NCBI GenBank assembly: GCA_033763315.1
Contig: JANRKS010000040.1
Coordinates: 128,001 to 192,000 of the forward strand
Length of the DNA: 64,000 bases
Source: Deltaproteobacteria bacterium
GTDB taxonomy: Bacteria > Myxococcota_A > Polyangia > Fen-1088
Direction of reading: 5' to 3'
A model generated the notes under the pieces. That model saw nothing but the letters and a program-made list of their open reading frames with translations. It did not search any database and was not told where the DNA came from. Position 1 is the stretch's first letter. Every line of letters starts with the position of its first letter. Below are positions 10,438 to 19,184 of this stretch, piece by piece. Position numbers and translations under genes: made by a program.

Positions 10438-10530
10438 GTGCCTCAGAGCCTAAGCGCGCTTCGTTTCCAATGGCTTTCGGCGCCGGAAACATGGCGTAAC
10501 GAATCGCCACACAGGCGCAATGCGCCCGGC

Positions 10531-11811
10531 CTAAAGCTGCGGCCGAAACCAGTTTGCCAGCCACTCTGAGATCTTTTCGCCGGTGCCACGTTGGCGCCAG
10601 TCCGCAAGGGAATAATCATCGGCGTTGGCTTTGTCGCGTTCGAACTGCGCTTCGTTCTCGGCAGCGAAACCGGCGTCGAAAACGTTCAGGTTGGCTTCGT
10701 CGTTCAAACGAAACGATCGGTTGTCAAAATTTGTTGAACCCACCGAGGTCCATGCGCGATCGACGATGAAGATCTTACAGTGCAACATCGTGGGCTTGTA
10801 TCTGAAGATCTTCACCCCAGCGGCCAGCAAGGGTCCCCAATGAGCGCGCGAGGCGTGGCTGACCACCGTTTGGTCCGTATGATCTCCGGGCACAATGATT
10901 TGCACGTCCACGCCGCGTTTTCGTGCGGCCACCAGCATCCGCACCGAGAGATCGTCCGGCACGAAATAGGCATTCTCCATGTGAATGCTTTTGCGCGCAG
11001 CCGCGATCGCCAACAAATACATCAAGCGCATGCTATCGCTGCCCTCACGCGCTGAACTGCGAAACACTTGCGCGAATTGATTGGCGGGCTGCACCTCGAG
11101 CGACGGGAAATAATCATCGCCGTGCAACACGTGGCCACGCGTTCGAATCCAATTGTCCATAAACGCCGCCTGCAGCTGCGCGACCACGGGCCCCTCAATC
11201 TGGAAATGCGTGTCACGCCAGTGTTGGGGATCCTGCGCATGCCCATCCCACAGATCGGCGATGCCCACACCACCCGTAAAGCCCACGCGCCCATCAATGA
11301 TCAAGAGCTTTCGATGGGTGCGGTTGTTCATGCGGACCAGGGTGTACCAACGCAAAGGCCGGTAATAGCTGACCGACACGCCAGAGCTGCGCATGGATTC
11401 GATCAGCGACCGATCCATCTTGGCCGCACCCACCCAATCCACAAGCACCGAAGTCTTCACCCCCGCGCGGGCTCGCTCACCGAGGGCGTCGGAGAACCGT
11501 TTGCCGATGTCACCCGACCAGTAGATGTAGGTTTCGAAGTTGATGGAACGCTTGGCTCCCGCAATGGCGTTCAACATCGCCGGAAAGATTTGTTCGCCGT
11601 TGATCAGCGGCAAAACCTTGTTGCCCGGTGTCAACGACCGGCCCAACAGGGATCCCATCGTCCGCGCAAACTGTGGATCTTCGATGCCGTAGCGCGATTC
11701 GATCTCGTCTTCGATGCGGTTCTCGCCAGAGCTCAAAGCAAGGGACAAGAATGCCGTCGTGCCTCCCAACATCAGCCCCACCGCCAACCGCTTCCATCCG
11801 CGCCTCGTCAT
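10531..11811 (-). CDS. cls: Cardiolipin synthase (phospholipase D family)
   Basis: Two HKD motifs (HRKLLIIDG, HCKIFIVD), GSTNFD, N-terminal hydrophobic segment. Confidence 0.9.
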   Translation of the reverse strand: MTRRGWKRLAVGLMLGGTTAFLSLALSSGENRIEDEIESRYGIEDPQFARTMGSLLGRSLTPGNKVLPLINGEQIFPAMLNAIAGAKRSINFETYIYWSGDIGKRFSDALGERARAGVKTSVLVDWVGAAKMDRSLIESMRSSGVSVSYYRPLRWYTLVRMNNRTHRKLLIIDGRVGFTGGVGIADLWDGHAQDPQHWRDTHFQIEGPVVAQLQAAFMDNWIRTRGHVLHGDDYFPSLEVQPANQFAQVFRSSAREGSDSMRLMYLLAIAAARKSIHMENAYFVPDDLSVRMLVAARKRGVDVQIIVPGDHTDQTVVSHASRAHWGPLLAAGVKIFRYKPTMLHCKIFIVDRAWTSVGSTNFDNRSFRLNDEANLNVFDAGFAAENEAQFERDKANADDYSLADWRQRGTGEKISEWLANWFRPQL

Positions 11812-11928
11812 TTCACACTCTTATCTAGCTTGCGTGCCAATACCGCGCACTTCCTGCAGCAACTTTCCCAAAGAACGCACCTTCGGTGCATTTAGAAGCA
11901 TGGACTGTGCCTTTTTGCTTGTTTTTCG

Positions 11929-11944
11929 TGGCATATGTGTTGCT
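11929..11944 (+). promoter_or_regulatory. Putative sigma54 (-24/-12) promoter upstream of the YtxG/YtxH-like pair
   Basis: TGGCATATGTGTTGCT: GG-N10-GC, a close match to TGGCAC-N5-TTGC(A/T), 12 nt before the ATG at 11957. Confidence 0.55.
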
Positions 11945-11956
11945 GACTATCAACTT

Positions 11957-12280
11957 ATGTCGCCCACTTCGGAGATGATCCGGATCGCCTTGCTGTGTTT
12001 GGTCGCCGGCGTGTCATTACCCCTGCTCGTGCAGTTGTTCTTGACATTGCGTTCGCTGCAGAAGGTGATCGTGATGTTCGATAAGCGCCTCGACCCGGCG
12101 CTGCGCGACCTGTCCCATGCGATCGAAGGTCTGCGCAAAGCAGAGCCGTCAAACGCGGCCTCGGTGATTGGCGCGGCCGCCTTACCAGCGCTGCTTGCCG
12201 CGTTCAATGCATGGAAAACGCACATGGCCGAGCGTGCCTCGGCCGAATCAACAACACCCACCAAGGATCCGACACCATGA
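11957..12280 (+). CDS. Small membrane protein, DUF948/YtxG-like
   Basis: N-terminal TM helix followed by an amphipathic/coiled-coil region; ATGA overlap with the downstream YtxH-like gene. Confidence 0.55.
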   Translation: MSPTSEMIRIALLCLVAGVSLPLLVQLFLTLRSLQKVIVMFDKRLDPALRDLSHAIEGLRKAEPSNAASVIGAAALPALLAAFNAWKTHMAERASAESTTPTKDPTP

Positions 12281-12525
12281 AAGACGAGCGCGTTGTTTAT
12301 CAAGGCTTCACTTTTGGCCACGTCATGCTCGCGCTTTTAGGCGGCGCCGCCGCGGGCGCCGCGGCGGCGTACCTCACAGCGCCGCGGGCGGGCGCCGCCA
12401 CGCGACGCCGCCTGGCGGGCATCGCCGACAACGTTTCAGATACAGCGATGCGCGTCCCAGAGGCGCTGCAAAAAGCGACCCAGGCGGCAAAGGAAGCGTT
12501 CTTAGAAGCGCTGGAGAACGGCTGA
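12277..12525 (+). CDS. YtxH-like general stress protein
   Basis: LLGGAAAGAAAAYLTAPRAGAATRRRL matches the YtxH signature (hydrophobic G/A helix, then APxxGxxTR). Confidence 0.75.
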   Translation: MKDERVVYQGFTFGHVMLALLGGAAAGAAAAYLTAPRAGAATRRRLAGIADNVSDTAMRVPEALQKATQAAKEAFLEALENG

Positions 12526-12543
12526 GCTGCGCTTCTTGAAGCG

Positions 12544-13125
12544 CTACTGCGTCAAGGCGCGCTCGCTCTGACGGCGTGCCGCCGCAGCCTGCTCCTCCAG
12601 CTGTTCTTTTGATCCAGTCTGCAGCGCCGCGATAATCGTCCTCGCAAACGCCGGCAAATCGCTCGGCCGTCTCGACGTGATAAGAGCGCCATCTTCCACA
12701 ACCTCCTCATCAAGCCAGTGGGCCCCCGCGTTCTGCAGATCTGTTTTGACTGACGGCCAAGACGTCATCCTTCGGCCCTTCACCTCGCCGGCCTCAATCA
12801 ACAGCTGAGGCCCGTGGCATACGGCGGCTACAATCTTCCCCGCTTGGCAAAACGCGCGCACAAAATCCACAGTGGGTTGGTGAACGCGCAAGTGGTCAGG
12901 CGAGTACCCACCAGGGATCACAAGCGCGTCGAACTCGTTGACGTTGTGGCCTGCCACGGCGTCGTCTACCTTCACCGTTTCCTTTTTGTGATAGCCCTTA
13001 AGCTCCGCGTTTCGTTCTAGCCCCAGCACGGTAACTTTGTGCCCCGCCTTCTTGATCTCGTCGTAAGGAACACGGAATTCAGAGTCTTCAAAGTCACCCG
13101 CCAAAACGAATGCAACGTTCGCCAT
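12544..13125 (-). CDS. PfpI/DJ-1 family (type 1 glutamine amidotransferase-like) protein
   Basis: FEDSE, LVIPGGYSPDHLR, AVCHGPQLL (catalytic Cys-His), ITSRRPSDL. Confidence 0.9.
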   Translation of the reverse strand: MANVAFVLAGDFEDSEFRVPYDEIKKAGHKVTVLGLERNAELKGYHKKETVKVDDAVAGHNVNEFDALVIPGGYSPDHLRVHQPTVDFVRAFCQAGKIVAAVCHGPQLLIEAGEVKGRRMTSWPSVKTDLQNAGAHWLDEEVVEDGALITSRRPSDLPAFARTIIAALQTGSKEQLEEQAAAARRQSERALTQ

Positions 13126-13140
13126 ACACACCTAACCTTT

Positions 13141-14934
13141 CTAATCAGGTATTCGGTGCAAGGCAGGGGCCACCGCAGGCAGATCGACATAAGACGCACA
13201 TTGTCGCGGCCCGCTTCTCCGCCGGATAACCCGAGGGCTCTGCGACCACAGCGGCGTGGGGCCGCCCAAGTAGAAGCCTTGCGCTCGATCATAGCCGCGA
13301 GCGTTGGCACTGCACAGTTGTTCCTCTGATTCGATGCCTTCCGCCACGCAGGCGATGGTCAACGCATGGGCCAACAACGGCACGAAGGTCGCCAGCACCC
13401 GGCGCTGCCCTTCCATGACCTGAACGTCCTTGGGGGCCACCTTCACCACGTCGGGCAGCACGTCGCTTAGAAACCGTAACGAACCGCCCGCTTGACCGAA
13501 GTTGCTGATGGCCAAGCGAAAGCCTGCACCCTTTATGTTGGCGCACACCGCCTTGCCGCGTTCGATGTCGCTAAGCAGGTCGGATTCCGCGAGCTCAATT
13601 TCAACGCGGCTTAACTCGACGCCCAAGGCCTGCCCGGCGCGGGCGACGCGCATCAAGCATCCCTTTTCGCTCAAATCATCCACACACATGTTTAACGAAA
13701 GGCCCACACCGTCCAGCCCGCTAGCGCTCCATTTCGACAAATGGCGCAGGCCTTCACAGAACACCCATTCACTCAACTCTTTGCCCAATCGGGTGCCGCG
13801 CAACGCGGGTAAAAATCCCCCCGGCGCCAGCACGGTCCCGTCATTTCGGCGCCAACGGAGCAACGCCTCGAACCCTATAAGGGCGTTCGAATTCAAATCA
13901 AATTGCGGCTGAAAATAAAGCGCGAACTCATCACGGCGAAGCGCCTCTTGCACGTCTGTCCGAACCGAAGCCAACGATTCAAGCACCAACGTTCGTGGAT
14001 CGTCAAACCGAAATGTGTTGCGCCCCGCACGCTTGGCGGCATACATGGCTCGATCGGCGGCGTTCAGGATGCTTTCCATTGAATCGCCGCTAAACGGGAA
14101 TACAGCGATGCCAACACTGGCACCCACGTTGACCAAGTTCCCGTTCGCCATGATGGGCAGGCCGATGTTCGCCACAATCCGCCGCGCTGTTTCGCCCGTG
14201 GACTCAGGGGATTCGATGCCCTCAAGCAGCACGGCGAACTCATCTCCACCCAAGCGCGCCACCGTATCGTATTCACGCACTTGTGCGCGCAGCCGGCGCC
14301 CCACTTCCACAAGGGCCAGGTCACCGGCGTGATGGCCAACGTGATCATTGATCGGCTTGAAGCCATCCAGATCCACAAACAGAACGGCGAACATCTCATT
14401 GTGGCGGCGCGCCCGAGCCAGCGACTGTGTGACCTTGGCCGCGAACTGCGCACGATTCACCAAACCGGTCAGGCTGTCCATGCGGGACATATCCTCAAGC
14501 TGCTGTTCCAGTCGTTTACGTTCGAGCGCTGCGTGCACTGCACGCACAAGCTGGTGAAAACGCATTGTGCTTTTGTCGAGAAAGTCTTGGGCGCCCAGGC
14601 GAATCGCGTGTAGCGCTGTGACTTCATCTTCACTCTCTGCCAACACAACGATGGCGCTGCTGGGGGACGCTTCACGCACATGCTTTACCGATTCAAGGCC
14701 AAGCGAATCGCCCAGATCCAACAAAACGAGCGTGGGTGGTTGCGCAGCGATGTGTTCAAGCGCTTCGTTGTAGACATCGAAACACAGCACCTCGGCCACG
14801 TCGTTCATTCGGGCCAAGTGAAGACGCAACACAGCCAGGTTGCCATTGCCTGCCTCCACCACGACGAGGCGCGCAATGCCCTCGCCGGCCCCAAACGGCG
14901 CCTGCTTGACCTCTGTGCACTGGCTTGTTGCCAT
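13141..14934 (-). CDS. REC-GGDEF-EAL protein (diguanylate cyclase with degenerate EAL domain)
   Basis: REC-like N-terminus (LVLLDL, GAQDFLDK); DSLTGLVNR, DLDGFK, RxxD I-site REYD, intact GGDEF; FEALLRW present but DDFGTG replaced by SNFGQA. Confidence 0.88.
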   Translation of the reverse strand: MATSQCTEVKQAPFGAGEGIARLVVVEAGNGNLAVLRLHLARMNDVAEVLCFDVYNEALEHIAAQPPTLVLLDLGDSLGLESVKHVREASPSSAIVVLAESEDEVTALHAIRLGAQDFLDKSTMRFHQLVRAVHAALERKRLEQQLEDMSRMDSLTGLVNRAQFAAKVTQSLARARRHNEMFAVLFVDLDGFKPINDHVGHHAGDLALVEVGRRLRAQVREYDTVARLGGDEFAVLLEGIESPESTGETARRIVANIGLPIMANGNLVNVGASVGIAVFPFSGDSMESILNAADRAMYAAKRAGRNTFRFDDPRTLVLESLASVRTDVQEALRRDEFALYFQPQFDLNSNALIGFEALLRWRRNDGTVLAPGGFLPALRGTRLGKELSEWVFCEGLRHLSKWSASGLDGVGLSLNMCVDDLSEKGCLMRVARAGQALGVELSRVEIELAESDLLSDIERGKAVCANIKGAGFRLAISNFGQAGGSLRFLSDVLPDVVKVAPKDVQVMEGQRRVLATFVPLLAHALTIACVAEGIESEEQLCSANARGYDRAQGFYLGGPTPLWSQSPRVIRRRSGPRQCASYVDLPAVAPALHRIPD

Positions 14935-15174
14935 AAGGGCATTCTCGGCGGAAAAGAGCCTAACTTAACTATCAGACCCCAACGCCAGGATTGCCTCGCG
15001 TAACCCGTACGCCACGCCACAAATTGCTTTCGAAAGAACACTGTTTTCAGGATGTTACGCGGATAACACGCGGTGTCTCCGGCGCGCGCAGCAAACGCCT
15101 CGCGTCTTTCCTATTCTCTCGCTCTTCTAGCCCTCCTTTGTTATGGTGAAGCCGCAAGGGCAACGGGGGGGACC

Positions 15175-16353
15175 ATGGTGGCAGTCACAACGGTGTTGTT
15201 GATCGACGACAACGATCTCGTTCGACAGGCGTTCCGCAGAATCCTTCAACTGGCGGGGTTCGCTGTATTAGAGGCCGACGGCGGCGAGACGGGGCTCGAA
15301 CTGTTTCGCGAAGCCTCGCCGGCGGCGGTCCTCGTGGATTTGCGCATGCCGGGTCTTGATGGGCTGGAAGTTCTATCGCGCCTCTCACAAGAGGCACCGG
15401 AGACGCCTGTGATCGTTGTTTCCGGAGAGGGATCGATGTCCGACGCTTTGGCCGCCCTGCGGTTCGGCGCGTGGGACTATGTTACTAAGCCGTTGCTGCA
15501 ATCAGAGATTTTGGCGCAAACGGTGACGCGTGCGCTCGATAAGGCCCGGTTGCTGAAGGAGAACCGCGAACATCGCGCGCGGCTTGAGGTGTTAAATGAT
15601 CAACTTACCAAGGCCCTCGACGAGATTCGCAGCGATCAGGAAGCGGGCCGGCGTTTGCAGCACCAGCTGCTGCCTCCCGATCAACAGCGCATGGGTCACT
15701 GGAAGTTCAGCCGGCGCATCTTTCCGTCGCGGGCTCTAAGTGGTGACTTCGTTGACTATTTCAAACTTGGCGAAGGATACGCTGGGCTTTACCTTACCGA
15801 TGTGGCTGGTCATGGCGCGGCTTCAGCGTTTGTGACCGCTATGATAGTGGCGTTGGTTGCAAAATATCGTGAAGCTTATGCTTCGGGTTTAAGCGACCTT
15901 ATCTTGGAGCCAGAGCGGTTCTTGGAACAACTGAACCGCGATTTGTTTGGCCGCGGTCTAGACAAGCACGCCACCATGTTTTACGCCGTGGTGGAGTTAA
16001 AAAGTGACGTGATGGTGTACGCGAACGCGGGGCAGTATCCATTTCCTGCTTTGTTCGGGCGGCGCTACCCGCGTTTTTTGGAGGTTCCCGGGCGCCCCCT
16101 AGGGCTTTTTCCTGACGCGCGTTACACCCGTGGTGAACTGTCGCTGGCGCAGGTTGACCGCTTGGTGGTTGTGTCTGACGGCATGTTGTCCACCACCACT
16201 CAGCAAACCAGCACCCAAAGGTTGGATATGTTGCTGAAGCTGGGAGCCTCCGCGAACGATGTGGATGCGTTGGCACTGGCTTTGGGCACCGGGGAAGGAC
16301 ATCCCTGTGAAGATGACGTCACGCTTTTGTTTGTAGAAAGGAGCGCAGTTTAA
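15175..16353 (+). CDS. Response regulator with PP2C/SpoIIE phosphatase domain (RssB/RsbU-like)
   Basis: REC (LIDD, VDLRMPG, YVTKP), coiled coil, PP2C motifs SGDFVD, DVAGHG, SDG, DDVT. Start taken at ATG 15175. Confidence 0.88.
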   Translation: MVAVTTVLLIDDNDLVRQAFRRILQLAGFAVLEADGGETGLELFREASPAAVLVDLRMPGLDGLEVLSRLSQEAPETPVIVVSGEGSMSDALAALRFGAWDYVTKPLLQSEILAQTVTRALDKARLLKENREHRARLEVLNDQLTKALDEIRSDQEAGRRLQHQLLPPDQQRMGHWKFSRRIFPSRALSGDFVDYFKLGEGYAGLYLTDVAGHGAASAFVTAMIVALVAKYREAYASGLSDLILEPERFLEQLNRDLFGRGLDKHATMFYAVVELKSDVMVYANAGQYPFPALFGRRYPRFLEVPGRPLGLFPDARYTRGELSLAQVDRLVVVSDGMLSTTTQQTSTQRLDMLLKLGASANDVDALALALGTGEGHPCEDDVTLLFVERSAV

Positions 16354-16857
16354 ATGCCAATGGGACGCGTGCTTTATTCACAAGATGGCGGCCTGCATAC
16401 ACTGCGGTACGTGGGCGAAATCAAATACCCCATTGCCCCTTCCATAGACAAATTCGTTAAAACGTTGATTCAGAACAACGCGATCGACGACCTGGTGGTG
16501 GATTTGACCGAAACCGATTCCATCGACAGCACGAATTTGGGGGAGCTCGCGCGGATTGCGCTGCGGCTGCGGGAACAGGGGCGCCGCAAGCCAGTGATCG
16601 TGTCGCCGCAAACCTCGATCAATCACCTTTTGCGCAGCATGGCGCTCGATGAGGTCTTCGAGTTAACCGTGCAAGTCCAACCGTTTGATGGCGACGACAT
16701 CCCCACCGACGTGGAGACGACGCGCGAGGAGTTGGCCGCCGTGATGTTGGAATCGCACAAGAGCCTTGCGCAAATGGGCGAAGCCAACCGCCAAAAGTTT
16801 TGCGACGTGATTGCGTTGTTGGAAAAGGACGCCAACAAGCCACGCGGCCACAGCTAG
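16354..16857 (+). CDS. STAS domain anti-sigma-factor antagonist (RssC-like)
   Basis: VVDLTETDSIDSTNLGELA with the STAS phospho-Ser motif DST; C-terminal extension MLESHKSL..N..KFxDV; abuts the upstream stop. Confidence 0.8.
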   Translation: MPMGRVLYSQDGGLHTLRYVGEIKYPIAPSIDKFVKTLIQNNAIDDLVVDLTETDSIDSTNLGELARIALRLREQGRRKPVIVSPQTSINHLLRSMALDEVFELTVQVQPFDGDDIPTDVETTREELAAVMLESHKSLAQMGEANRQKFCDVIALLEKDANKPRGHS

Positions 16858-16858
16858 G

Positions 16859-17788
16859 TCACGAATCCAATAAGCCGAACTGCCGCTTGTAGCGCGCAAA
16901 ACAGCGTTCACCCGCGCGTAAACGCATCAACGCGCCCTCGGCCAGCGCGCGCGCCACGTGTGGATCGCCTGCGACCAGGGGACGCAGCACTTCGCGATTC
17001 CAGGAAAGCGAGTGCTGCACATCCAAAGTGGCGTGCAACGCAAAATACTTCCGTGCCACCGGCTCAACTTGCAAACGCTTGAGCCCTGCATTCACCAACG
17101 CCGCCCGCCCAGGCGCGGTCAACTCGATCACGCCCAGCGCACCCACGCTATGAAAAGCAAATCGCCGGTTGCACGCAAACGCGGCCATCAGGTTGCTCAG
17201 CGCGAGCGCCTCCCATACCACCTGGGAGGCGGGCAGCTTCACATCCAAGGCCCGCGCCAATTTTTCAAGCAGAGGTCCATGCATGGCCATCTGGTGCCCC
17301 TGCCCCATCTCATCCCAAAAATTGCGCGCCATCTCCAACTTCACCATGGGTGGCATCTTCACTTGCGTGAGCGCCAACAAATCCTCGAAGCCAGCTTCGC
17401 CGGCCACCTCTTGCCCCAAAAACCAACGTATCTGTTCAAGCGATGCGTGCTCCGCCAGCCAGGGGAACAACGGATCGTTTTGCCCGGGGCCTATTCGCTT
17501 TAGCTCCTCGAACCAAGCGACGAACGCATCCGGATGCGTGGGCGCCGCTGCGGCTCCTGCGGCCACCGACATGCGTTCTCGTTCCAAAAAGGCCGCTTCT
17601 TCGCGGCGTAGATGAAGCTCACGTGCCACATCCAAGGAGGTTTCTGCGCGGCTTGGCAAACAGGGCCGCAAGCGAAACTCGTTGAGTTCTTGCAACGCCT
17701 GCTGTAACGCCTGCGTAGCATCATGGGGGAGCAAAGGCTCGGGACGGTGATTTAAGTTCGCGGATAGCAGCATCGCGACCGTGAACAT
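16859..17788 (-). CDS. Heme-oxygenase-like diiron oxidase (iron-containing redox enzyme family)
   Basis: QEVAGEAGFEDL, RNFWDEMG..H, GVIELTAP and YFALHATLDVQH carry the Glu/His/Asp ligand pattern. Start at 17788 or 17773. Confidence 0.8.
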   Translation of the reverse strand: MFTVAMLLSANLNHRPEPLLPHDATQALQQALQELNEFRLRPCLPSRAETSLDVARELHLRREEAAFLERERMSVAAGAAAAPTHPDAFVAWFEELKRIGPGQNDPLFPWLAEHASLEQIRWFLGQEVAGEAGFEDLLALTQVKMPPMVKLEMARNFWDEMGQGHQMAMHGPLLEKLARALDVKLPASQVVWEALALSNLMAAFACNRRFAFHSVGALGVIELTAPGRAALVNAGLKRLQVEPVARKYFALHATLDVQHSLSWNREVLRPLVAGDPHVARALAEGALMRLRAGERCFARYKRQFGLLDS

Positions 17789-17869
17789 CAAACGCTGTGC
17801 CAAGTCCTCGCGAAGCGGTCGTCTTTCGGGCCACGCCCCCCTGCCACTTCGTTTGGTAAGATAGAATCC

Positions 17870-19174
17870 ATGCGCGTGTTGGGCGTTGGCGACTCTTGCG
17901 ATCTGGGCGACCTCTATGTTCGTTTGCAGGCGCAAGGGCATCAGGTGCGCGTGCGCTTAAATGATCCGGATTCTAAGGACGTCTTTACGGGCTTGCTGGA
18001 ACACAGCCACGCGTCTTGGGCCGACGACCTCGCGTGGGTGGGCAAACGCGATGGCGGTGGCGTCCTGCTGTTTGAGGGGGTTGGGCAAGGGGAACGGCAG
18101 TCACAACTGCGGCGCGACGGCTACCTCGTGGTCGGCGGCAGCGCTTGGGCCGATCGCCTGGAGATCGACCGCGCGCACGGGCAAGCGATGCTGCGCAAGC
18201 TAGGCTTGCCAATCGCGCATCATCACGAGTTCCATAACTTCGACGCCGCCATCGAGCTCGTGCGCAAGACGCGCAAGCGTTATGTGCTGAAGTTCAGTGG
18301 TTCTGGTTTCTCTTCCACGCGTAGCTACGTTGGGTGTTTGCCCGATGGCAGCGACATGGTGGCCAGGCTCACGCAACAACGCAACCATTGGACGCTGTCC
18401 GAGGCACCACACATCGTACTTATGGAGCATCTGCAGGGCGTTGAGGTGGGCGTGGGCGCGTGGTTCAACGGGCACGAGTTCGTGCGGCCCGCAAACATCG
18501 ACTGGGAACACAAACGCTTCTTTGCAGGCGATCTCGGTGAGCTCACCGGTGAGATGGGCACTGTGGTCTCCTATCGCCACGCCGATAAGTTGTTTCAAGC
18601 CACGCTTGCGGGCATCGAGCCGTACCTGCGCGAGATGCATCACGTGGGATACATCAACTTAAACATGATCGTGAACGAGGCGGGCACGTGGCCACTTGAA
18701 TTCACATGTCGTTTTGGCTACCCAGGCTTTGCCGTTTTGAGCGCACTGCACGCGGAGCCATGGGACGCCACGCTCTTGCGCTTATTACACAGGCACACGC
18801 CGGTGCTGCCCACACACCCCGGCTTTGCCGTGGGCGTTGTGCTAACCGTGCCACCGTTTCCCTATCCTGATGGATACGAACGGTTGTCCAAGGGCATGCC
18901 GATTTGCTTTGCAAGCGATCTCAACGACGAAGACCGCACGTTCTTGCACTACGGCGAAGTCGCGCAAGCCCACGGCCAACTCGTGACCGCTGGGCAAATC
19001 GGCTACATCATGGTGGTGACGGGCCGGGGGGAAACCATCCAGGACGCCCAAAATGCCGCGTACGCGCTCGTGCGAAAAGTGGCCATCCCCAACGTTCGCT
19101 ATCGAACGGACATCGGCACGCGGCTGATAAACAGCGATTACCAAAATTTGCAAGCGCTTGGTTGGTTGCCTTAA
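17870..19174 (+). CDS. PurD (GAR synthetase)-like ATP-grasp ligase, atypical
   Basis: LEIDRAHG, YVLKFSG, GVEV, WEHKR, GELTGEMG, LEFTCRFGYP and YRTDIG match the GARS fold; canonical N-terminal GSGGREHA is absent. Confidence 0.75.
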   Translation: MRVLGVGDSCDLGDLYVRLQAQGHQVRVRLNDPDSKDVFTGLLEHSHASWADDLAWVGKRDGGGVLLFEGVGQGERQSQLRRDGYLVVGGSAWADRLEIDRAHGQAMLRKLGLPIAHHHEFHNFDAAIELVRKTRKRYVLKFSGSGFSSTRSYVGCLPDGSDMVARLTQQRNHWTLSEAPHIVLMEHLQGVEVGVGAWFNGHEFVRPANIDWEHKRFFAGDLGELTGEMGTVVSYRHADKLFQATLAGIEPYLREMHHVGYINLNMIVNEAGTWPLEFTCRFGYPGFAVLSALHAEPWDATLLRLLHRHTPVLPTHPGFAVGVVLTVPPFPYPDGYERLSKGMPICFASDLNDEDRTFLHYGEVAQAHGQLVTAGQIGYIMVVTGRGETIQDAQNAAYALVRKVAIPNVRYRTDIGTRLINSDYQNLQALGWLP

Positions 19175-19184
19175 CGGAGCCGAT

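Noticed and set aside
11824-11840. Minus-strand TTGGCACG upstream of cls as a sigma54 promoter
   Set aside because: The -24 box is good but the -12 position reads AG rather than GC.
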